A stretch of 64,000 nt of DNA, from positions 87,112,001 through 87,176,000 of the forward strand of contig NC_058368.1 in the NCBI RefSeq assembly GCF_018350175.1, read 5' to 3'. Shown here piece after piece: positions 13,955-29,214 of the stretch (positions are counted from its first letter, which is position 1; every line of letters begins with the position of its first letter). The notes under the pieces are model-generated. The model saw only the letters and a program-made list of their open reading frames with translations, did not search any database and was not told the origin of the DNA. The translations under genes and the position numbers were made by a program. Origin of the DNA: Felis catus. Lineage: Eukaryota.

Positions 13955-14253
13955 GAGTAGATTATACCTCAAAAATGAAATAGATTATGAGTGGAAATTT
14001 TGTCATTTGAAATTTGTAGAGCAGTGTTGGAATTGGATGTTAGGTCATATATTGATGGATGTTCAATGCCCTAGGAAGATTCCACCATTTCCATGTCCTC
14101 AAACCTTACAAAGAAATGTAGAATACTCTATAACCTTATGTCAATTTATATGGCTTAACCCAAACCACAAAGATGTCATGTTTCAGAGATGCAGAAACAC
14201 TCCTTTGGAGGCTACTGGTTTGTATCATCTTTTTTAATGGAAGCATGAGATTT

Positions 14254-14544
<291 letters not shown>

Positions 14545-15368
14545 TCATCTATCAAATTTGAGCTCAACATCTGCCCTTTGTTTCTTCTTGTCTGATGGTG
14601 ATCTTACATTAGGTACCCAAACTACTACTCATTATACTTTCATTTCACTTCAAATATTAAAAGGGAAAAGAAGGATACTATTATCCTTCTGAATATTTTT
14701 TTAAAAAAGTAATGATATACATTAAGTCACAGATATTCAGACATAATATATGCAATAATTATATGTCAATAAGTAGTTAGTCAAACTACATAAAAAATAA
14801 AGTGTCATAAGATAAAATACAATTAAAATTTTGACCTTAAATATATTTTTGTTGCATAGACCATGAAAAAAAATGGAAAACATTAAAATACTGCATTATA
14901 ATTAAATCAATAAAATGCTTGTGATATAGTATTAAAAGGAATAAACATTCTTTATGTGTCTATTAACCACCATGTGGTCCACCATGTTTGTAAATATAAA
15001 TGCTAATTCCTGGGTTTAAACATTAGAAGGCAATATGGAAAGCTGAAAAGAATTAATGTTTTTGGTGGTCAAATTATAAGTGTAAATTGACTTAATTTTG
15101 TTTTTGCTACAGTAGTTTTGAAAATTAAAATGATAAGCTTCAGTAGAATTAGGACAACAATAAGGACAACAACAAACTTGCCAATCATTTAAATCAGTTA
15201 AAATATATATTTTTTTAATTTTACAATTTTTGCATTAAAATATAAGGAAAATTATTTAAAACATAAAGTGCTTTACAAGTTCATTCAGAAATTATCAGAA
15301 GGACCTATAGCTACCCTTAAAGTCATCTGTATTTTGACATTTATCACACAAGTTAATATTTTCATTAC

Positions 15369-15397
15369 CTGATTAGAGGCAGATAAAACTTCTTTGC
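15369..15397 (-). CDS. GCSAML: GCSAML coding exon 4 (29 nt)
   Basis: atcctttag|GCAAAGAAGTTTTATCTGCCTCTAATCAG|gtaatg; (S)KEVLSASNQ, phases match neighbouring exons. Confidence 0.9.
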
Positions 15398-15769
15398 CTA
15401 AAGGATAAAAACAAAAATTGACATTTTTGGACTATCACAAGTTAGGGGGAAAAGGTTTTCAATACAGTGATCTAACTGCAAAGAAGCCCATCATCTAAGC
15501 ATGTGACACTATCTCATGTTGTTATGGAGGTTCTCAGACCTGAATGACAAGATCAAGAAAGAATATATGTTCAGGAAGCATTAATACTATGTTTCTGTGT
15601 AAGTGACCTGCACCATATTTGCTGAATAAATGTGGATTTTGGAATTGGGTAATAAAATTTTCTCCACAAACATGCCATAAAGTATGGAAAGTTCAAAGAA
15701 AAAAAAAACAATTATATATGAAATTTAGGATATAAATTTGATTAAAGTATGATAGGGAAATCATATGTA

Positions 15770-15991
15770 TTTTTTTAAATTTTTTAAAGTTTACTAACTT
15801 TTGAGAAAGGGAGAGACAGAGTGCAAGCGGCGTAGGAGCAAAGAGAGAGCAGGAGACAAAGAATCTGAAGCAGACTCCAGGCTCTTGAGCTGTCAGCACA
15901 GGGTCTGATGTAGGGCTTGAACTTGCAAACTGCGAGATCATTACCTGAGCCAAAGTCGGATGCTTAACCAACTGAGCCACCCAGACACCCC
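15770..15991 (-). mobile_element. CAN-SINE
   Basis: Reverse complement of SINEC head and body. Confidence 0.9.
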
Positions 15992-16194
15992 ATATAATTT
16001 TTAAAGATAAGCAATCATAGAGATAGATACTCAAATAACAAGATTAACTATTTCAAATTAAATACAAATATATTCAGGCTAATTATATCTGTCAATGCTG
16101 AAGTAGTTTGTATTTTTGTTGTTAAGATTAGATTCACAAGTACCATTTTTTAGATACTTACATATTCACTTGTTCATGTCAATTTTTAAGAGTT

Positions 16195-16680
16195 TATTTT
16201 GGTTTTTCATTTCCTTGCCTCAGGAGACATATCTAGAAAGAACTTGCTACAGACAATGCCAGAGAGGTTACAAAACTAAAAAGGTAACCTACAAAATGAT
16301 AGAAGATATTTACAAATGACATATTTGATAAAGGTTTAGTATCTAAAACATATTAAGAACTTATAAAACTCAATACCCAAAAAACATAATCCAATTACAA
16401 AATGGGCAGAAGACTTAAATAGACATTTTTCCAAAGAAGACATCCAGATGACCAACAGACACATGAAAATATGCTTAACATCATTCATTATCAGGTTAAT
16501 ACAAATTAAAGCCATGTTGATACCACCTCACACCTGTCAGAATGGCTAAAATTAACAACACACAAAACAACAGGTGTTGGTGAGGATGTGGAAAAAGGGG
16601 AACCTTCTTGCACTGTTGGTGGGGATGCAAACTGGTGCAGCAACTGTAGAAAACAGTACGGAGGTTCTCTAAAAAGTTAT
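16195..16680 (+). mobile_element. L1 ORF2 3' fragment with a short inverted 5' piece (~16195-16268 on minus)
   Basis: ttccttgcctcaggagacatatctagaaag (minus) followed by acaaaactaaaaagg...gacattttt ccaaagaagacatcc (plus). Confidence 0.7.
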
Positions 16681-18232
<1,552 letters not shown>

Positions 18233-18255
18233 AGACTCAGGGGGACAAAATTTCA

Positions 18256-21200
18256 GAGGCAGCTGGGAAGATGGCAGCGTAGGAGGGCGCTGGGCCCACT
18301 GCGTGTCCTGCTGATCACTTAGATTCCACTTACACCTGCCTAAATAACCCAGAAAAACAACAGAAGGCTAGCAGAATGGAGTCCACAGAGCCAAGTGCAG
18401 ATGAGAGGCCCAAAGAAGAGGGGCCCCTCCTGAAGCGGATCTCTGAAGGAAAAGCAAGCTGAGCCTGCCCCTCCTGGCTCTGTGCACTTTGCCGATCCAC
18501 CCCAGCTAATACGCCAAATCCCCAGCACCACAAGCCTGGCAGTGTGCAAGTAGCCCAGATGGGCCACACCACCCCACAGTGAATCCCGCCCCTAGGAGAG
18601 GGGAAGAGAAGGCACACACCAGTCTGACTGTGGCCCCAGCGGTGGGCTGGGGCAGACATCAACCTGACTGTGGCCCCGCCCACCAACTCAAGTTATTCAA
18701 GACAGAACGGGGGAAATGCCCTTCAGTTCCACAACACACCAGGGACTATCCAAAATGACGAAATGGAAGAATTCCCCTCAAAACAAACGTCCAGGAAAAA
18801 ACAACAGGTAACGAACTGATCAAAAACGATTTAAACAATATAACAGAAAGTGAATTTAGAATAATAGTCATAAAATTAATCGCTGGGCTTGAAAACAGTA
18901 TAAAGGACAGCAGGGAATCTATTGCTACAGAGATCCAGGGACTAAGGAACAGACAGGAGGAGCTAAAAAATGCTATCAATGAGCTGCAAAATAAAATGGA
19001 GACAACCAAGGCTCGGATTGAAGAGGCAGAGGAGAGAATAGGTGAACGACAAGATAAAATTATGGAAAAAGAAGAAGCTGAGAAAAAGATAGATTAAAAA
19101 ATCCAGGAGTATGAGGGGAAAAGTAGAAAACTAAGTGATGCACTAAAGAGAAATAATCTACGAATAATTGGTAATCCAGAGGAGGAAGAGAGAGGGAAAG
19201 GTGCTGAAGGTGTACTTGAAGAAATCATAGCTGAGAACTTCCCTGATCTGGGAAAGGAAAAAGGCATTGAAATCCAAGAGGCACAGAGAACTCCCTTCAG
19301 ATGTAACTTGAATCGATCTTCTGCATGACATATCATAGTGAAACTGGCAAAATACAAGGATAAAGAAAGAATTCTGCAAGTAGCTAGAGATGAACGTGCT
19401 GTAACATATAAAGGGAGACCTATAAGACTCGTGACCGATCTCTCTACTGAAACTTGGCAGGCCAGAAAGGAATGGCAGGAGATCTTCAATGTGATGAAGA
19501 GAAAAAATATGCAGCCCAGAATCCTTTATCCAGCAAGTCTGTCATTTAGAATAGAAGGAGAGATAAAGGTCTTCCCACACAAACAAAAACTGAAGGAATT
19601 TGTCACCACTAAACCAGCCCTACAAGAGATCCTAAGGGGGATCCTGTGAGACAAAGTACCAGAGACATGACTACAAGCATGAAACCTATGGACATGACAA
19701 TGACTCTAAACCCATATCTTTCTATAATAACACTGAATGTAAATGGACTAAATGCGCCAACCAAAAGACATAGGGTATCAGAATGGATAAAAAAACAAGA
19801 CCCATCTATTTGCTGTCTACAAGAGACTCATTTTAGATCTGAGGACACCTTTAGATTGAGAGTGAGGGGATGGAGAACTATTTGTCATGCTACTGGAAGT
19901 CAAAAGAAAGCTGGAGTAGCCATACTTATATCAGACAAACTAGACTTTAAATTAAAGGCTGTAGCAAGAGATGAAGAAGGGCATTATATAATAATCACAG
20001 GGTCTATCCATCAGGAAGAGCTAACAATTATAAATGTCTATGCATCGAATACAGGAGCCCCCAAATATATAAAACATTACTCACAAACATAACCAACCTT
20101 ACTGATAAGAATGTGGTAATTTCAGGGGACTTGAACACTCCACTTACAGAAATGAATAGATCATCTAGACACATGGTCAATAAAGAAACAAGGGCCCTGA
20201 ATGATACATTGGATCAGATGGACTTGACAGATATATTTAGAACTCTGCATCCCAAAGCAACAGAATATACTTTCTTCTCGAGTGCACATGGAACATTCTC
20301 CAAGATAGATCATATACTGGGTCACAAAACAGCCCTTCATAAGTTTACAAGAATTGAAATTATACCATGCATACTTTCAGACCACAATGCTATGAAGCTT
20401 GAAATCAACCACAAGAAAAAGTCTGGAAAACCTCCAAAAGCATGGACGTTAAAGAACACCCTACTAACGAATGAATGGGTCAACCAGGCAATTAGAGAAG
20501 AAATTTAAAAATATATGGAAACAAACAAAAATGAAAACAACAATCCAAACGCTTTGGGATGCAGCGAAGGCAGTCCTGAGAGGAAAATACATTGCAATCC
20601 AGGCCTATCTCAAGAAACAAGAAAATCCCAAATACAAAATCTAACAGCACACCTAAAGGAAATAGAAGCAGAACAGCAAAGACAGCCTAAACCCAGCAGA
20701 AGAAGAGAAACAAGAAAGATCAGAGCAGAAATAATATAGAATCTAAATAAACTGTAGAGCAGATCAACGAAACCAAGAGTTATTTTTTTTGAAAAAATAA
20801 ACAAAATTGATAAACCTCTAGCCAGGCTTCTCAAAAAGAAAATGGAGATGACCCAAATAGATAAAATGATGAATGAAAATAGAATTATTACAACCAATTC
20901 CTCAGAGATACAAGCAATTATCAGGGAATACTATGAAAAATTATATGGCAACAAACTGGACAACCTGGAAGAAATGGACAAATTCCTAAGCACCCACACG
21001 CTTCCAAAACTCAATCAGGAGGAAATAGAAAGCTTGAACAGACCCATAACCAGAGAAGAAATTGAATCAGTCATCAAAAATATACAGTCATCAACAAATA
21101 AGAGTCCAGGGCCAGATGGCTTCCCAGGGGAGTTCTATCAGATATTTAAAGCAGATAATACCTATCCTTCTCAAGCTATTCCAAAAAATAGAAAGGAAAG

Positions 21201-23742
21201 GAAAACTTCCAGACTCATTCTATGAAGCCAGTATTACTTTGATTCCTAAACCAGACAGAGACCCAGTAAAAAAAGAGAACTACAGGCCAATATCCCTGAT
21301 GAAGATGGATGCAAAAATTCTCAATAAGATACTAGCAAATCGAATTCAACAGCATATACAAAGAATTATTCACCATGATCAAGTGGGATTCATTCCTGGG
21401 ATGCAGGGCTTGTTCAACATTTGCAAACCAATCAATGTGACACATCACATTAATAAAAGAAAAGATAAGAACCATATGATCCTGTCAATCGATGCAGAAA
21501 AAGCCTTTGACAAAATTCAGCACCCTTTCCTAATAAAAACCCTCAAGAAAGTCGGGATAGAAGGAACATACTTAAAGATCATCAAAGCCATTTATGAAAA
21601 GCCCACAGCTAACATCATCCTCAATGGGGAGAAACTGAGAGCTTTTTCCCTGAGATCAGGAACACAACAGGGATGCCCACTTTCACCGCTGTTGTTTAAC
21701 ATAGTGTTGGAAGTTCTAGCATCAGCAATCAGACAACAAAAGGAAATCAAAGGCATAAAACTTGGCAAAGATGAAGTTAAGCTTTCACTTTTTGGAGATG
21801 ACATGATATTACACATGGAAAATCCGATAGATTCCACCAAAAGTCTGCTAGAACTGATACATGAATTCAGCAAAGTTGCAGGATACAAAATCAATGTACA
21901 GAAATCAGTTGCATTCTTATACACTAATAATGAAGCAACAGAAAGACAAAGAAACTGATCCCATTCACAATTGCACCAAGAAGCATAAAATACCTAAAAA
22001 TAAACCTAACCAAAGATGTAAAAGATCTGTATGCTGAAAACTATTGAAAACTTATGAAGGAAATTGAAGAAGATATAAAGAAATGGAAAAACATTCCATG
22101 CTCAGGGATTGGAAGAATAAATGTTGTCAAAATGTCAATACTACCCAAAGCTATCTACACATTCAATGCAATCCCAATCAAAATTTCACAAGCATTCTTC
22201 TCAAAACTAGAACAAGCAATCCTAAAATTCCTATGGAACCACAAAAGGCCCCGAATAGCCAAAGTAATTTTGAAGAAGAAGACCAAAGCAGGAGGCATCA
22301 CAATCCCAGACTTTAGCCTCTACTACAAAGCTGTCATCATCAAGACAGCATGGTATTGGCACAAAAACAGACACATAGGCCAATGGAATAGAATAGAAAC
22401 CCCAGAACTAGACCCACAAACATATGGCCAACTCATCTTTGACAAAGCAGGAAAGAACATCCAATGGAAAAAAGACAGTCTCTTTAACAAATGGTGCTGG
22501 GAGAACTGGACAGCAACATGCAGAAGATTGAAAGTAGACCACTTTCTCACACCATTCACAAAAATAAACTCAAAATGGATGAAGGACCTGAATGTGACAC
22601 AGGAAACCATCAAAACCCTAGAAGAGAAAGCAGGAAAAAACCTCTGACCTCAGCCATAGCAATTTCTTACTTGACACATCCCCAAAGGCAAGGGAATTAA
22701 AAGCAAAAATGAACTACTGGGACCTTATGAAGATAAAAAGCTTCTGCACAGCAAAGGAAACAACCAAGAAAACTAAAAGGCAACCAATGGAATGGGAAAA
22801 GATATTTGCAAATGACATATCGGACAAAGGGCTAGTATCCAAAATCTATAAAGAGCTCACCAAACTCCACACCCGAAAAACAAATAACCCAGTGAAGAAA
22901 TGGGCAGAAAACATGAATAGACATTTCTCTAAAGAAGACATCCGGATGGCCAACAGGCACATGAAAAGATGCTCAACGTCACTCCTCATCAGGGAAATAC
23001 AAATCAAAACCACACTCAGATGTCACCTCACGCCAGTCAGAGTGGCCAAAATGAGCAAATCAGGAGACTATAGATGCTGGAGAGGATGTGGAGAAACGGG
23101 AACCCTCTTGCACTGTTGGTGGGAATGCAAATTGGTGCAGCCACTCTGGAAAACAGTGTGGAGGTTCCTCAGAAAATTAAAAGTAGACCTACCCTATGAC
23201 CCAGCAGTAGCACTGCTAGGAATTTACCCAAAGGATACAAGAGTACTGATTCATAGGGGCACTTGTACCCCAATGTTTATAGCAGCACTCTCAACAATAG
23301 CCAAATTATGGAAAGAGCCTAAATGTCCATCAACTGATGAATGGATAAAGAAATTGTGGTTTATATACACAATGGAGTACTATGTGGCAATGAGAAAGAA
23401 TGAAATATAGCCCTTTGTAGCAACGTGGATGGAACTGGAGAGTGTAATGTTAAGTGAAATAAGCCATACAGAGAAAGACAGATCACTCTTATGTGGATTC
23501 TGAAAAACTTAACAGAAACCCATGGGAGAGGGAAAGGGAAAAAAAAAAGGAGGTTAGATTGGGAGAGATTCAAAGCAGAAGAGACTCTTAAAACTCTGAG
23601 AACAAACTAAGGATTGATAGGAGGTGGGAGGGAGGGGAGGGTGGGTGATGGGTATTGAGGAGGGCACCTTTTGGGATGAGCACTGGGTGTTGTATGGAAT
23701 CCAATTTGGCAACAAATTCCATACATTGGAAAAAAAAATAAA
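18256..23742 (+). mobile_element. Near full-length felid L1, inactivated, with a short (apparently spliced) 5'UTR
   Basis: 5' end gctgggaagatggc; ORF1 ATG 18755 to 19649 with in-frame TGA at 19326; ORF2 from ~19700 (MTLNPYLSIITLNVNGLN) broken into several ORFs; RT motif reads FGDD; G-rich 3'UTR and A-tail ~23730-23742. Confidence 0.97.
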
Positions 23743-25519
23743 GTAGATATATTGCCTACCTTTCTCAAGCTGTTCCAAAACATAGAAAGGGAAGGAAAAC
23801 TTCCAGACTTATTCTATGAAGCTAGCATTACTTTGATTCCCAAACCAGAGACCCAGCCAAAAAAGGGAACTACAGGCCAATATCCCTGATGAATATGGAT
23901 ACAAAAATTCTCAATAAGATACTAGCAAATTGAATTCAACAGCATATAGAAAGAATTATTCACCATGATCAAGTGGGATTCATTCCTGGGATGCAGGGCT
24001 GGTTCAACATTCACAAATTAACCAATGTGATACATCATATTAATAAAAGAAAAGAAAATAACCATATGATCCATTCAATCAATGCAGAAAAATCATTTGA
24101 CAAAATTCAGCATCCTTTCTTAATAAAACTCCTCAAAAATGTCGGGATAGAGGGAACATACTTAAACATCATAAAAGCCATTTATGAAAACCCCACAGCT
24201 AATATCCTCAATTAGGAAAAACTGACAGCTTTACCCCTGAGATCAGGAACACGACAAGGGTGCCCACTCTCACCACTGTTGTTTAACATAGTGTTGGAAG
24301 TTCTAGCATCAGCAATCAGACCACAAAAGGAAATCAAAGGCATCAAAATTGGTAAAGATGAAGTTAAGCTTTCACTTTTTGCAGATGACATGATACTATA
24401 CATGGAAAAACTGAAAGACTGCACCAAAAGTCTTCTAGAACTGGTACATGAATTCAGCAAAGTCTCAGGATATAAAATTAATGTACAGAAATCAGTTGCA
24501 TTCTTATACACTAATAATGAAGCAAAAAAAAAGAAATAAAGAAACTGATCCCATTCACAATTGCACAAGAATCATAAAATACCTAGGAATAAACCCAACC
24601 AAAGATGTAAAAGATATGTATGCTGAGAATTGTAGAAAGCTTATGAAATTGAGGAAATTCAAAGAAATGGAAAAACTTTCCGTGCTCATGAATTGGAAGA
24701 ATAAATACTGTTAAATGTCAATACTACCCAAAGAAATCTACACATTCAATAAAATCCCAATCAAAATTGCACCAGCATTCTTCTCAAAGCTAGAACAAGC
24801 AATCTTAAAATTTGTATGGAACCACAAAAGACCGCGAATAACCAAAGTAACTTTGAAGAAGACCAAAACGGGAGGCATCACAATCCCAGAGTATAGCATC
24901 TCTTACCAAGCTGTAATCATCAAGACAGCATGGTATTGGCACAAAAACAGACACATAGGCCAATGGAGTAGAATAGAAGCCCCAGAATTAGACCCACCAA
25001 AGGATGGCCAACTAATCTTTGACAAAGCAGGAAAGAATATCCAATGGAAAAAGTCTCTTTAACAAATGGTGCTGGGAGAACTGGACAGCAACATGCAGAA
25101 GAATGAAACTAGACCACTTTCTTACACCATTCACAAAAGTAAACTCAAATGGATGAAGGTCCTGAATGTGAGACAGGAAACCATCAAAACCCTAGAGGAG
25201 AAAGCAGGAAAAAAACTTCTCTGACCTCAGCTGCAGCAGTTTCTTACTTGACACATCTCCAAAGATAAGGGAATTAAAAGCAAAAATGAACAATTGGGAC
25301 CTCTTGCAGATAGCAAGCTTCTGCATTGCAAAGGAAACAATCAACAAAACTCAAAGGCAGCGAACGGAATGGCAAAAGATATTTGCAAATGACATATCAG
25401 ACAAAGGGCTAGTATCCAAATCTATAAAGAACTCACCAAAGTCTACACCCAAAAAACAATAATCCAGTGAATAAATGGGCAGAAAACATAAATAGACTCT
25501 TCTCTAAAGAAGACATCCA

Positions 25520-25735
25520 GTGGTGCCTGGGTAGCTCAGTTGGTTGGGCGTCCAACTTCGGCTCAGGTCATGATCTCGTGGTTTGTGAGTTTGAGCCCTC
25601 GCGTCAGGTCTGTGCTGACAACTCAGAACCAGGAGCCTGCTTTGGATTCAGTGTCTCCCTCTCTCTCTTCCCCTCCCCACTCATACTCTGTCTCTCTCTC
25701 TCCTTCAAAAATAAACATTAAAAAAATTTAAAAAA
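25520..25735 (+). mobile_element. CAN-SINE inserted in L1 ORF2
   Basis: Outer TSD aagacatcca at 25510-25519 and 25965-25974. Confidence 0.92.
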
Positions 25736-25950
25736 GGGGCGCCTGGGTGGCGCAGTCGGTTGAGCGTCCGACTTCAGCCAGGTCACGATCTCGCGGTCCG
25801 TGAGTTCGAGCCCCGCGTCAGGCTCTGGGCTGGTGGCTCAGAGCCTGGAGCCTGTTTCCGATTCTGTGTCTCCCTCTCTCTCTGCCCCTCCCCCGTTCAT
25901 GCTCTGTCTCTCTCTGTCCCAAAAATAAATAAACGTTGAAAAAAAATTAA
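25736..25950 (+). mobile_element. Young SINEC_Fc inserted in the A-tail of the preceding SINE
   Basis: ggggcgcctgggtggcgcagtcgg head; TSD aaaaaatttaaaaaa on both sides. Confidence 0.93.
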
Positions 25951-26784
25951 AAAAAAATTTAAAAAAGACATCCAATGGCCAACAGGCACATGAAAAGATG
26001 TTCAACGTCACTCCTCATCAGGGAAATAAAAATCAGAACCACACTGAGATATCACCTCATGCCAGTCAGAGTGGCTAAAATGAACAAATCAGGAGACTAT
26101 AGATGCTGGAGAGGATGTGGAGAAATGGGAATCCTCTTGCACTGTTGGTGGGAATGCAAACTGGTTCAGCCACTCTGGAAAACAGTGTGGAGGTTCCACA
26201 AAAAATTAAAAATAGATGTACTCTATGACCCAGCAATAGCACTGCTAGGAATTTACCCAAGGGATACAGAAGTGCTGATGCAGAGGGGCTCTTGTACCCC
26301 AATGTTTATAGCAGCTCTTTCAACAGTAGCCAAATTATGGAAAGAGCCTAAATGTCCATCAACTGATGAATGGATAAAGCAATTGTGGTTTATATACGCA
26401 ATGGAATATTACGTGGCAATGAGAATGAAAGATATATGGCCTTTTGTAGCAACATGGATGGAACTGGAGAGTGTTATGCTAAGTGAAATAAGTCATACAG
26501 AGAAAGACAGATACCATATGTTTTCACTCTTATGTGGATCCTGAGAAACTTAACAGAAGACCATTGGGGAAGGGTAGTGGAAAAAAAAATTTACAGACAG
26601 GGAAGGAGGCAAACAATAAGAGACTCTTAAAAACTGAGAATAAACTGAAGGTTGTGGGGGGGGGGCGGTGGGAGGGAGGGGTAAGTGGGTGATGGACATT
26701 GAAGAGGGCACCTGTTGGGATGAGCACTGGGTTTTGTATGGAAGCCAATTTGACAATAAGTTTCATATTTTTTTTTTAAAAAAA

Positions 26785-26915
26785 GTATACTTGTCATGAG
26801 GAGCACTGGGTAATGTATAGAATTGTTGAATCACTATATTGTACACCTGAAACTAATATACCACTGTATGTTAAATATACTAGAATTTTCAAAAAACCTA
26901 ATAAATAAATAAAAA
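26785..26915 (+). mobile_element. Isolated 3' terminus of an older carnivore L1
   Basis: gagcactgggtaatgtatagaattgttgaatcactatattgtacacctgaaactaatata...aataaa. Confidence 0.8.
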
Positions 26916-27361
26916 TGTACAATTCACAAGAAAACAAAAGAAATTCAGGCTACCCAAGAAAAACTTAAATATTTCTAATAGGGCATATAGCTAAGAATCT
27001 GTTTTTTTTTTTTTTCCTGTATGTTACATGTCATTTGGTCAACAGTCTTTGGATTATTAGATTTTTAACAAGGTAAATAAATTATATCTCTAATAAAAAA
27101 ATGACTACAAAAGTGTAAAAAAAAGTAAAAATCTAAGGAAAACAATATAAATAAAACAAAATAAATCATAAATAACTCATTACTGTCATACAAAAAGTAA
27201 TAAGATCAGTTTTGTTAGACAAAATAATTAATAATAATAATAATAATAGTGACACCAAGCAGTGCTTCCTTCAATCCTGTCTAACATAGTATCAGAACCA
27301 CTTTAGGTGTTTAAACTTACAACTTCCCTTGTATGAAAAATATCATGAAGCAATGACTTAC

Positions 27362-27411
27362 TTTTCTTATCTTGAACTGGATTTTCTCTCTCAAATGTAG
27401 CCATTTCCTGC
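27362..27411 (-). CDS. GCSAML: GCSAML coding exon 3 (50 nt)
   Basis: cctttgtag|GCAGGAAATGGCT...GATAAGAAAA|gtaagt; (W)QEMATFERENPVQDKK. Confidence 0.92.
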
Positions 27412-29214
27412 CTACAAAGGAAAGAGATAATAACATGATACACTCCAGTTATCTGAAGCTGAAAACACACTTGAAGGAAATGTTTCACTACTCTTAACAT
27501 AAAGTTATTGGTAGATTTAGAATTCAAGTGTTAATTGAAATTAAATCCTGCTTACTTTGTTTTGGAAAAACCATGAAATAGAGCTGATAACACTGTGAGA
27601 GTTGATGGTTATGTTGATGAAGGGGGTTCTTTACACAAAGTATACATAAATCACATTTGCTTTAAGTATTTTAAAATTTTGCCAATTATAACCCAATGAA
27701 GCAGGAAAGAAAAACCCAAAGTCTAGCAAAAGAGTAAGAAGCAGAGAATAAAACTCCATATTTTATGAAACTTAAAGAATTACTAGACTATCATACTAGG
27801 TATAATATCATATGTATGTGGAACATATGTGCAATTTAGTGAAATTTGGAACAACTTGAGGGAGAATATTGAAAGCCAATTTATTTCTCTGTTGTTCTTG
27901 ATGAGGGAGGTAAATAAGGTAAGAAAAAAAAAAAAGAAGAAAACAAAGGAAGGTAAACAAGAAGGTCCAAAAAATTCAGAACACAAATTTACAATGACCT
28001 AAATTAATAAGTGCAGACTGGTGATGAGAGAAATAGAGATTATCTCTACAGTGACACGATTCCACACCAGAACAGGGAGTGACTGGCTAAAAGGAGATTG
28101 AGTACCAACACATGGTCTACTATTTCTCTGTCTCCCAGTCTCATAAACTTGAGGGAAAATCTAGACAAAGAATTTTGTAATGACCTGCCCACCTCGAAGA
28201 GGGCAATATACACAGAACAGAGATGTGCCCACTGCAGAGGAAGAATTTTTGGTGAGGAGGCAGTCCGAGACAACATACCAAAAGCAAAGCCTGAATCTTA
28301 GCTTATTTCTCCTTTGTATCTTCCCTAAAGAAATACACAAAGGTAAACACACACCATGTTATCTCACCTACTTCCATTCAAAACACTAAGCACAAAGTTG
28401 CAAACATGAATTAGATAAAATAATAATAATAATAATAAAAAGAAAGCAGAAAATATATTAAAGGCAGATAGATGTAATATGTTAATTATTATTAAAAATA
28501 ATAAATGGATAAAGTAAGTGGCTATCATAAAGCAGGAAAACAATTGAAAGAAACGATAAAATATTTAGAGAGATTAAAACAGCACTAAAAGCATCAATAT
28601 GTAAAATCAATTATTTCTAAAACAAGCCAGCAGCATATGCTTGAAATAAACATTAACTTGTAGAAAATGAGAATGTAGTATGGTTAGAGAAAGGAAAATA
28701 AAACATAAAGAGATGATGTCAGACATACAGAATAGTTAATCTTGGAGATGAGAACCACATAAATGAAACAAAACCATTCAAAGATACAATAAGATACCTG
28801 AAATAAAGACTTCAGCCTGAAAATTGATTTTATGGAGAACTAACACAAATCACATGGAACATTGAGATATGCAATAGATTCTGCACTTCAAGAATAATGA
28901 TAAATTCTAAAACATCCATGAGGAAAACATTGTGAAACTACTTCATCAGTGAGGTGCGTTTAAGGTAGCCCAAACTTCCATCTGAAGGCAAGCCCACAAA
29001 ATGGTGAGGAAAATAGGATTACAAGAATCCTATGACTCTCCAATAAATGAAAATGGGTATTGTCAAATATATTAGTATTGAGGGGATATAAAACCTATGA
29101 ATTCTTTAGGAAAAAAGAACAAATCAGAAGATGACTGTAAAACCACATTTCAATTTTATAAAATGCAAAGTCATGTTATAAAGAAGTTGTTGAATGATGA
29201 ATCTAACCTGTGCA

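Larger units (their letters stand above)
23743..26784 (+). mobile_element. 5'-truncated felid L1 (RT to 3' end) directly after the first L1
   Basis: Repeats the ORF2 segment from ~21150 onward (FADD in ORF 24279-24539; C-terminus ORF 25975-26544), 3'UTR and T/A tail. Confidence 0.95.

Noticed and set aside
18755..23500. Possibly active L1 (long ORF1/ORF2 pieces)
   Set aside because: ORF1 has an in-frame TGA at 19326 and frameshifts; ORF2 is split into many fragments with a premature TAG at 23408-23410.
28046..28389. Cluster of four overlapping short ORFs, one with a CxxC (RCAHCRG)
   Set aside because: No recognisable homology or coherent splice structure; lies beside decayed L1-like sequence.
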